From Candidatus Woesebacteria bacterium GW2011_GWB1_39_12 (GTDB taxonomy: Bacteria; Patescibacteriota; Microgenomatia; UBA8517), in NCBI GenBank assembly GCA_000993405.1, contig LBWB01000001.1, positions 5,229 to 69,228 on the forward strand: a stretch of DNA of 64,000 nucleotides. Direction: 5' to 3'. Numbering within the stretch: the stretch's first letter is position 1; every line of letters starts with the position of its first letter. Shown piece after piece: positions 20,665 to 27,924 of this stretch. The notes beneath the pieces were generated by a model. That model ran no database searches. It worked only from the letters and a program-made list of their open reading frames with translations, and was not told the DNA's origin. The position numbers were made by a program, and so were the translations under genes.

Positions 20665-21356
20665 AAGATTCATCAACCAGAGGACTCTATTTTAATTTAA
20701 AAATATTATTAGGCCCACTAGTAGTGATTCTTTTAATAGCAACTTTTGGCCTCTATTCTGTCAATACAGGCTACGGGCGAGTTAAAAAACAGATTGAAGA
20801 ATATAAATCTGTAAAGATGGAGGAGACGCATCTTAAGGAAAAACTTGCTTCAATAAAGGCTATTAAATCAGATATCCTGGATCAGGCTGATTTTACGGTT
20901 GTTGCTCTTCCTCAAAAGAACCCAGCCACTTTTTTAATATCTCAGTTAAAATTATATGCTGAGGAAAATTCAATAACCATTAAAGAGATATCTCTCTCTG
21001 GTTCTCAACAGAATGATGTTCTAAATAGTATGATACTTACAGCCGATATAGAAGGAAGCGACATTATTTCACAATTAAGTTTGATGGAAAGTATTCTTAA
21101 GTTTGCCCCAATTTCATTAATAGTGGGGAGTCAGAGCACTCTTAGTCAAAATGAAGCCAACTATAAACAGGAACTTGAAATTTCTTTTTATTGGTCGCCT
21201 CTTCCTACAACTTTACCTTCAATTAGCGAGCCTATCAAAGGTTTGACTGGCGAGCAGAACGAAGTTTTAAGGCAAATTTCTTTACTGAAGCAACCCAGCT
21301 TGGTTAACTTAAACCCGCAGGTGCAAACTACAGAAAGAGAAACACCGTTTAACTAG
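20661..21356 (+). CDS. pilO: PilO-like bitopic membrane protein
   Basis: A single N-terminal TM (LLGPLVVILLIATFGLYSV), then a coiled coil. It overlaps pilN by 4 nt. Confidence 0.55.
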   Translation: MKDSSTRGLYFNLKILLGPLVVILLIATFGLYSVNTGYGRVKKQIEEYKSVKMEETHLKEKLASIKAIKSDILDQADFTVVALPQKNPATFLISQLKLYAEENSITIKEISLSGSQQNDVLNSMILTADIEGSDIISQLSLMESILKFAPISLIVGSQSTLSQNEANYKQELEISFYWSPLPTTLPSISEPIKGLTGEQNEVLRQISLLKQPSLVNLNPQVQTTERETPFN

Positions 21357-21591
21357 ACTTTTCTTCAATATTAACCGATATCGATTTACCTTCAAGCCTT
21401 CCTTTGACTCTTAAGAGAGTTTGGATCGATTTTATGGTTTGTCCACCCTTGCCGATTATCAGGCCACAGATAGCAGGGTCGGCTAAGATTTTGAATGTAA
21501 TGTGAGAATCCTCTTGGATTTCATCGATATCAAAACTTCCTTTTTCCTTTTCTATGATGCCTTCCAAGATGTATGTTAATAAATCTTTCAT
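21349..21591 (-). CDS. khpA: KH-domain RNA-binding protein KhpA
   Basis: An 80-aa protein with a KH type II GxxG motif (IIGKGGQTIKSIQ). It lies immediately downstream of rpsP, as is conserved. Confidence 0.7.
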   Translation of the reverse strand: MKDLLTYILEGIIEKEKGSFDIDEIQEDSHITFKILADPAICGLIIGKGGQTIKSIQTLLRVKGRLEGKSISVNIEEKSS

Positions 21592-21809
21592 TTCGAAAGG
21601 AGCTTATCCACGCCCAAAGTTTTCTTCGCACCTAACGCCAGCCATTTTTCTAATTTTTTCTTGTCGAGACGTTTCTCGATCTTAGAAGGATACCAAAAAC
21701 CGATTACATCAAGTGCGGCACCTGATCTTTTTTTTCTTTCATCAACTGCAATAATCCTATAAAAAGGCCTTTTTTTAGAACCATGCCTTGCGAGTCTTAT
21801 TTTAATCAT
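21588..21809 (-). CDS. rpsP: 30S ribosomal protein S16
   Basis: MIKIRLARHGSKKRPFYRIIAVDERKKRSG is the S16 N-terminal signature. The true start is the internal Met of the listed ORF. Confidence 0.9.
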   Translation of the reverse strand: MIKIRLARHGSKKRPFYRIIAVDERKKRSGAALDVIGFWYPSKIEKRLDKKKLEKWLALGAKKTLGVDKLLSK

Positions 21810-21837
21810 GAGAGTACATATTTTACCTACTTTATCC

Positions 21838-22503
21838 TTATTTAGCAATATTTTTTAAAGCTTCTTTCGCTGCTTCTTGTGCGGCCTCACTTTTACTTCT
21901 CCCCTCTCCCTTAGCCAGAGCCTTTCCGTTAGAGGTAACTTTAATTGTGAACCACTTTTCGTGATCCGGTCCTACCTCTTCAACAACTTCATATTGAGGA
22001 GCCTTTTCCCCTTTGGCCTGAATATACTCTTGGAGTAAACTTTTGGGATCTTTCAGGGGTTTGGCCAATTTTTCTTCTATGCCGGACAGAAGATATTTTT
22101 CAATAAATTTTTCAGAAGTATTAACTCCTTTATCCAAAAAAAGTGCTCCAATTATTGCTTCAACCGTGTTTGCCAGTAGAGACGGGTTCTCCCGGCCTCC
22201 AGTCTCTTCCTCGCCCTTAGAAAGATAAAGTTTTGCTCCCAGGTTCAACGTTTTGGCAACTTCGGAAAGATTGATTGTGTTTACAAGATTTGCCCGTAAT
22301 GCCGTAAGATAGCCTTCTTCTTTATCGGGAAATCTTTGATATAACTCTTTTGAAACTACAAATTCCAGGACAGCGTCACCCAGAAACTCAAGGCGTTCGT
22401 TTGACTCTCTAACGCGAGGATGTTCGTTTACCCAAGATTTGTGAGTAAGTGCGAGCTCATAAAGATTCTTATTTTCAAAATAGCTTTCCAGTTTTATGTC
22501 CAT
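21838..22503 (-). CDS. rnc: ribonuclease III
   Basis: The RNase III signature ERLEFLGDAVLEF and a C-terminal dsRBD (GEGRSKSEAAQEAAKEAL). Confidence 0.9.
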   Translation of the reverse strand: MDIKLESYFENKNLYELALTHKSWVNEHPRVRESNERLEFLGDAVLEFVVSKELYQRFPDKEEGYLTALRANLVNTINLSEVAKTLNLGAKLYLSKGEEETGGRENPSLLANTVEAIIGALFLDKGVNTSEKFIEKYLLSGIEEKLAKPLKDPKSLLQEYIQAKGEKAPQYEVVEEVGPDHEKWFTIKVTSNGKALAKGEGRSKSEAAQEAAKEALKNIAK

Positions 22504-22505
22504 AA

Positions 22506-22751
22506 TTAGTCGTTATTTACGGCGTCAATGAGTTCGCCTACTGTTTCGATTTCTGTAAGATCAATCGTGCTTGTGTCAATATTGTTTGTTTTAAGGGTTT
22601 CAAGAAAATCTGTTAAATCAGATGGTCTCATATGTAGGTCCTGAGTTAACGAATCGTCGTCGTCTATATCTTCGATTTCTACTCCCAAGTATTCAGCTAA
22701 GTGCTGTTTAATAGGGTTTATAATACCTTTTTGGTCAGTTGAATTCATCAT
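22506..22751 (-). CDS. acpP: acyl carrier protein-like (81 aa)
   Basis: An acidic small protein with a DSL phosphopantetheine-attachment-like motif (DDDDSLTQDL). It is positioned directly upstream of rnc, as acpP is in many bacteria. Confidence 0.5.
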   Translation of the reverse strand: MMNSTDQKGIINPIKQHLAEYLGVEIEDIDDDDSLTQDLHMRPSDLTDFLETLKTNNIDTSTIDLTEIETVGELIDAVNND

Positions 22752-22762
22752 ATTTGTATTCT

Positions 22763-23143
22763 TTACTCTTTGGGTTTTTCAACCTCATTTAGTATTGTAC
22801 CCAAAACACCATTGACAAAGGAAGGGGAATTTTCAGCCCCGAACTCTTTTGCCAATTCAACTGCTTCGTCGATCGCGACCTTTGGAGGCACATTTTTCTG
22901 CATTAGTTCATAAACAGCAAGCCTCAAGATTACAAGGTCGATTTTATTCAATTTGTCAATCGGCCATTGGGGAGCCGACTCCTCGATCTTTCGGTCAATT
23001 TCATTCGTCTTTTTCAAAATCTCCTTAACAAGTTCGGAGTAATCCCCTTGTTTTGTAAAAGTTTCGGCGAATAACACTTTCACCGCCTGGCGTCTAATTT
23101 GGTGTCTTGGATCTTTTATAGTTTTCATACTTATTCTCGCCAA
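22763..23143 (-). CDS. nusB: transcription antitermination factor NusB
   Basis: RRQAVKVLF.., IDLVILRLAVYEL and SPSFVNGVLG are NusB-family motifs. Confidence 0.85.
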   Translation of the reverse strand: MARISMKTIKDPRHQIRRQAVKVLFAETFTKQGDYSELVKEILKKTNEIDRKIEESAPQWPIDKLNKIDLVILRLAVYELMQKNVPPKVAIDEAVELAKEFGAENSPSFVNGVLGTILNEVEKPKE

Positions 23144-23185
23144 AGAAAAGGATACAAGAATTCTTTTTATTTTAGAAGAATCAAT

Positions 23186-23347
23186 TTATTTGTAGAAGCC
23201 GCAATGTGGGCAAGCCTTATGCGGTCGTCTTAACTTTCCACAAGAGGGACACTTTGACAAATTCGGTAGAGTTCGTCTATTAGCCGGGCTATTTCGTCTC
23301 TTGCCACTTCTTGACCTTGTGTGTTTTTTCTTTGGTAGCGGCGCCAT
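23186..23347 (-). CDS. rpmF: 50S ribosomal protein L32. It is not in the ORF track because it is shorter than 60 aa.
   Basis: Minus-strand translation MAPLPKKKHTRSRSGKRRNSPANRRTLPNLSKCPSCGKLRRPHKACPHCGFYK. The two CxxC pairs are the L32 zinc ribbon. Confidence 0.8.
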   Translation of the reverse strand: MAPLPKKKHTRSRSGKRRNSPANRRTLPNLSKCPSCGKLRRPHKACPHCGFYK

Positions 23348-23473
23348 ATGGGGTAATTGTATCCGAACAATTGCTGTTTTTGCAATAAGAGGAATAGTAG
23401 ATGGGGAATGTTACTGTAAGCTATATCCCTAGCCAGATTTTAGAGTATAATTCAGCAAATCTTACCCATAGTT

Positions 23474-24496
23474 ATGTCGTCTGAATTTGAGTCATTATTA
23501 GAACAACCAATATCGCCAGAGACTGAGACCCTTTTGCTCCCTGATCGTCCGATTGCAAAAAGACTTTGTTATAATTTAAAAAAACAGTTATCAGGAAACT
23601 CCGATTCTGGTATAAGCGTTGGTGAATACGACTTAACGATACTTGCTCTGTCAAAGTTACTAACTCCGTCGGCCTACAAGATTATCGAAAGGCCAATTTC
23701 CTTTAGCGAGTACCTAGAAAAAAGAAGGCAATCTTTTCGTTGGCTTATTGATCTCTGGAATAAATATTATGAAATAAGATGGGGAGGAGGAAATGTTCTT
23801 GAATCGAATGACCATGACTGTGATTTCAGACATGATCTTCTTTCTGCTATTTTGACATCAACAGGTATTCTCTCCCGAGAAGAAACGTTTAGATCTCGTG
23901 GTATAGATTGGGACGGGTTTCAGGAAGATCAAATTTCACCAGCCCTTAGAGAACTCAATAGAGTGAGATATTCAACGGTTGCCAAAGTTATTACATACGA
24001 AGGGGCTAAAGGATCTATAGAGAGACTATCTGAGAAAGGTCTTACAACAGCCATCTATATAGGCGTTTTTGATCTTGATCACGAGGGACATAAGGGTACT
24101 GCTGCCAGAGCGAAAAGAAATCTTGGGCCTCACTCAAAATTGTTTTGCGCAGTTGTGGATAAGAAGCTGTCAATTCTTCAAAAAGGTAAGGAACCAACAA
24201 GAGATTTAGATAGAAGAATGGCTAATATGTCTATGGTTAAAGGTATTGATAGAGTATTCCCAATTGTTTTACCAGACAGTGTGCAAAGTCTTGAAGATAC
24301 TGGAGAATATTTTTTGAAAGTACATGAAGAACTTGCGCCACACGTTAGAATTGTAGGGAATCCGACTACGATAGACACTGGTTTATGGGAGGTCTATCAG
24401 AAAACCTGTAGACAAGCTAATGTGCTCCTCGTTTATAACGATGAGCTTAAACCAGTTTCGACAACAAGTGAGATAAACAGAATTAGAGGAATTTAA
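23474..24496 (+). CDS. hypothetical two-domain protein: unknown N-terminal domain plus a C-terminal cytidylyltransferase-like (HxGH) nucleotidyltransferase domain
   Basis: IYIGVFDLDHEGHKGT resembles the (T/H)xGH motif of the cytidylyltransferase-like superfamily (CoaD/TagD-like). About 190 N-terminal residues have no motif. Confidence 0.5.
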   Translation: MSSEFESLLEQPISPETETLLLPDRPIAKRLCYNLKKQLSGNSDSGISVGEYDLTILALSKLLTPSAYKIIERPISFSEYLEKRRQSFRWLIDLWNKYYEIRWGGGNVLESNDHDCDFRHDLLSAILTSTGILSREETFRSRGIDWDGFQEDQISPALRELNRVRYSTVAKVITYEGAKGSIERLSEKGLTTAIYIGVFDLDHEGHKGTAARAKRNLGPHSKLFCAVVDKKLSILQKGKEPTRDLDRRMANMSMVKGIDRVFPIVLPDSVQSLEDTGEYFLKVHEELAPHVRIVGNPTTIDTGLWEVYQKTCRQANVLLVYNDELKPVSTTSEINRIRGI

Positions 24497-24579
24497 TTTG
24501 TCATATGATATGTTGAAGGTTATTTTTCCCGATCAACGTATTTGACATCCGATATTGATTAGCTTGTAACATCGGGATT

Positions 24580-26604
24580 TTAATTGGGTGCGATATCGTG
24601 AGGTTCGATTTTTTTAATTAACTTGGGAAAGTTTTGGGGATTTTCGATTGCTTCTTTGGCCGCGTTTCGGGCTTTTTGGATTAATCTGGTATCACTCCAG
24701 TGAGCGATTCTTAATTCCGGAAAGCCGTGTTGTTTGGTGCCGAACATTTCTCCGGGACCTCTCAGTTTTAAATCCAGCTCAGCCAGTTCAAATCCAGATT
24801 TATTTTCTTTTAGGGCATTTAGTCTACTTTGTACATTCTGTGACTTACTTTCTGTAAATAAAAGACAGTAAGATTTCTTCTCTCCCCTACCAATTCTCCC
24901 TCGGAGTTGGTGAAGTTGTGCAAGTCCGAATCTTTCAGCCGCCTCAATTATCATGATTGTAGCGTTAGCTACGTCAATTCCCACTTCAACAACAGGAGTT
25001 GAGACTAAAATATCCACCTTTCCCTTTTTAAAAGCGTCTAGAACCTCATTTTTGAGTTTTGCGGATTGCCTTCCGTGCAGAAGACCGACGTTAAAAGGTC
25101 TAAAAACCTTTTTCAACTTTTCGTACTCTACCGTTGCTGCTTTGATCTGCTTCATTGTTTCTATTTGCGACTCCTCAATTAAAGGGCAAATGATAAACGC
25201 TTGAATTTTCTTACTTTGAATTTGTTCTCGAATCCATCCATATGCGCCTTCTCTTTTCTCAGGTGGAACCAACCACGTAGTTATTGGTTTCCTGCCTTCT
25301 GGTAATTCATCGAGCGTTGATAAATCTAAGTCTCCGTAGACGGTTAGAGACACCGTCCTTGGGATCGGAGTTGCCGTCATTGTCAGAATGTGTGGAGAGC
25401 GCCTTCCTTTGCCCGTTTTTTTAACCAAGTGGGCTCTTTGCTCGACTCCGAACCTGTGTTGCTCGTCGATTACTACAAGTGCCACATTATCAAAATCTAA
25501 TTTTTTATGGATCAAGGCGTGGGTACCTACAAAAATATCGCTTTTCCCCAAGTCAGCTTTTATTCCTTCTGACGTAACCAGGCTGACACGCACTTTATAT
25601 AGATCAAATATATTCTTTAGTGTATTGAAGTGTTGTTGGGCTAAGATTTGAGTTGGTGCCATAAAGACAGATTGGAAACCGTTGATAAATGCGGCAAATG
25701 ATCCTGCTGCCGCCACAATTGTTTTCCCGCTGCCAACATCACCTTCCAGAAGTCGGTTCATGGGATAATCTTTATTAATGTCAGTCAGAATTTCTTGGAT
25801 AGAGCGCTCTTGTGAAACGGTTAAAGTGAACGAAAGACCTTTTTTGAACTCTTCCAGTATCTTTTTATCTACTTTTAAGGAATAAATCGATTTAATTTTT
25901 TGCCAGTCATTTTTTCTGTATAGACTTTTGAGTTGATAAAAAAGCAGCTCGTCAAAAGCAAGCCGTTCTCTTCCCCTTTCGGCCTCTTCTAATTCATTTG
26001 GATAGTGAACATATTTTAAGGATTCGCTGATAGTTGGAAAATTAGATTTGGTCAATATTTCATCAGGCAGGTATTCTTTAATTTCATTGATTAAAGTGTT
26101 AAATACTGCCGCGATTTTTCCCCTGATCCACTTTGAAGAAAGTCTGGCCGTTTCAGGATAAATCGGAACTAACCTCGCCGTATGAACGGTGTTTTGATTA
26201 TTCTCTATATTTTCATATTCGGGCGACATTAGGCTCATTTTTCTATCAAACAGCTCCGCTTTTCCTGAGAATGAATATCGCTCGCCCTTTCTGATATTTT
26301 TTACGAGATACGGTTGGTTAAACCAGACGCTTTGCATAGAGCCAGTTACATCACTAATTTCTGCAAGCTGTATTTTTTTCCCAAACTTGGTGTAGATGTT
26401 TTTTATCGAGTCAACGTTTCCTTGAATGGTGACGGTCTCCCCTATCTGTACACTTTCAATTGTCGATACTATTCGATAGTCCAAGTAACGATGAGGAATG
26501 TGGTAAAGCAAATCTTCTAGTTTTTCAATTCCCAACTTTTCGAGACGCCTCGCATATGTTGGTCCCACGAGAGGCAACTTAGTAACAGGAGTAGATAGTT
26601 CCAT
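24580..26604 (-). CDS. recG: ATP-dependent DNA helicase RecG
   Basis: 674 aa with an N-terminal wedge domain, Walker A GDVGSGKT, DEQHRFG and the helicase C motifs QLHQLRGRIGRG. Confidence 0.9.
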   Translation of the reverse strand: MELSTPVTKLPLVGPTYARRLEKLGIEKLEDLLYHIPHRYLDYRIVSTIESVQIGETVTIQGNVDSIKNIYTKFGKKIQLAEISDVTGSMQSVWFNQPYLVKNIRKGERYSFSGKAELFDRKMSLMSPEYENIENNQNTVHTARLVPIYPETARLSSKWIRGKIAAVFNTLINEIKEYLPDEILTKSNFPTISESLKYVHYPNELEEAERGRERLAFDELLFYQLKSLYRKNDWQKIKSIYSLKVDKKILEEFKKGLSFTLTVSQERSIQEILTDINKDYPMNRLLEGDVGSGKTIVAAAGSFAAFINGFQSVFMAPTQILAQQHFNTLKNIFDLYKVRVSLVTSEGIKADLGKSDIFVGTHALIHKKLDFDNVALVVIDEQHRFGVEQRAHLVKKTGKGRRSPHILTMTATPIPRTVSLTVYGDLDLSTLDELPEGRKPITTWLVPPEKREGAYGWIREQIQSKKIQAFIICPLIEESQIETMKQIKAATVEYEKLKKVFRPFNVGLLHGRQSAKLKNEVLDAFKKGKVDILVSTPVVEVGIDVANATIMIIEAAERFGLAQLHQLRGRIGRGEKKSYCLLFTESKSQNVQSRLNALKENKSGFELAELDLKLRGPGEMFGTKQHGFPELRIAHWSDTRLIQKARNAAKEAIENPQNFPKLIKKIEPHDIAPN

Positions 26605-26633
26605 AACTTTCAGGATAATGATATCACTTTTGC

Positions 26634-26744
26634 CTAACGGAAGGCGAAGGATAAAAGCGGCAGGAAAGTGGTTAACAAAAGCGCAAGCGTTGCGATTATT
26701 ACCAGAACTTTGACTATCTTTTGGTGTTTTTTACTTGCAAACAT
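26634..26744 (-). CDS. possible 36-aa hydrophobic micro-protein translationally coupled to tyrS
   Basis: The ATG lies 2 nt after the tyrS stop, and the product MFASKKHQKIVKVLVIIATLALLLTTFLPLLSFAFR has a single TM-like helix. It is not in the track. Confidence 0.25.
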   Translation of the reverse strand: MFASKKHQKIVKVLVIIATLALLLTTFLPLLSFAFR

Positions 26745-26745
26745 A

Positions 26746-27897
26746 TTATTTTTTAACTTTTACAAAAGTTTGTGTACCTACTTTTATTTCATCTCCACTA
26801 TTAACTTTGAGTGTAGGGTCATAAACTGTAGCTCCTGAAATATCTACAGCACCCTGGGAAATGAGTCTTTTAGCTTCGCTTACGCTTCCTACTACCTGAG
26901 AAATGGTCTGAGCTAGATTTTCTTTTGCCGAAACTTCTGTTTTGAATTCAGGCTTTTGTTCTTGAAAAGTTTTTTCGAAAGCCTCTTGAGCTCTTTGTGC
27001 ATCTTTTTCAGAATGCATTTCTTTTACAATCTGAAAAGCTAATTCTTTCTTTATAGCTAGCGGTTCTTTTTTAGACTTTGCGACTTTTTCTTTTACCTCC
27101 TCCATTGGAACGGAGGTAACCAATATGAAGTACTGTTCGATAAGATGGTCTCCAAGAGACATAATTTTGGCATACATTTCTTCTGGTTTATCTTCGATCC
27201 AAATTGCATTTCCCCAGCTCTTACTCATCTTTCTTCCGTCAGTACCTTCAAGAATCATTAGCGTCATAAAATAACTTTCCTTACCTCTCAGGTCTTTTTG
27301 CAGAGTTCTCCCTGCGTTCATATTGAAAGTTTGTTCAGTAGCCCCAATTTGCAGATCTGTGTCCAAGTAGTAATGATCATAACCCTGTATTGCTGGGTAT
27401 AAAACCTCATGCAAACCCACTCTTTTTCCAGATTCTAACCTCTTCTTAATTAGTTCCCTGCCGATGAAATCTCCCAACGAAAAGTGTTGGCAGAGTTGAA
27501 TTATTTCTTGAGGAGTGAGTTTATTGAGCCATTTGCTATTAAATTTTGTTTCGATTTTTGAAAAATCTAATATCTTACTTGCTTGTTTTTGATAAGTTTC
27601 TAAATCTTTTTTTATTTGTTTAGGAGCTATTGGTTTTCTTTCAGTTTCTTTGTCCGATGTATCTCCAATAAGGGTTGTGAAGTCACCAATGAGAAAGGTG
27701 ACATTGTGTCCAAGTTCTGCAAGCGCTTGCAGTTTTCTGAAGGGAACAGTGTGGCCAAGGGTTAATTTTGGAGCAGTAACATCAAATCCGGCATAGACAT
27801 TTAGTTTTTTCTCCGATCTCAGCATTTTTTCCAGGCCGTCTTTATTAGGAACAATGTTGGCAACTCCCCTTGTTAAGAACTCATCGATATTATTCAT
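26746..27897 (-). CDS. tyrS: tyrosyl-tRNA synthetase
   Basis: A class I aaRS with the HIGH-like motif TLGHTVP, KMSKS and a C-terminal S4 domain. 383 aa, with GFDVTAPKLTLGH resembling TyrRS. Confidence 0.8.
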   Translation of the reverse strand: MNNIDEFLTRGVANIVPNKDGLEKMLRSEKKLNVYAGFDVTAPKLTLGHTVPFRKLQALAELGHNVTFLIGDFTTLIGDTSDKETERKPIAPKQIKKDLETYQKQASKILDFSKIETKFNSKWLNKLTPQEIIQLCQHFSLGDFIGRELIKKRLESGKRVGLHEVLYPAIQGYDHYYLDTDLQIGATEQTFNMNAGRTLQKDLRGKESYFMTLMILEGTDGRKMSKSWGNAIWIEDKPEEMYAKIMSLGDHLIEQYFILVTSVPMEEVKEKVAKSKKEPLAIKKELAFQIVKEMHSEKDAQRAQEAFEKTFQEQKPEFKTEVSAKENLAQTISQVVGSVSEAKRLISQGAVDISGATVYDPTLKVNSGDEIKVGTQTFVKVKK

Positions 27898-27924
27898 ATA
27901 TTTGAATTTTAAACCTTCAAAGGT

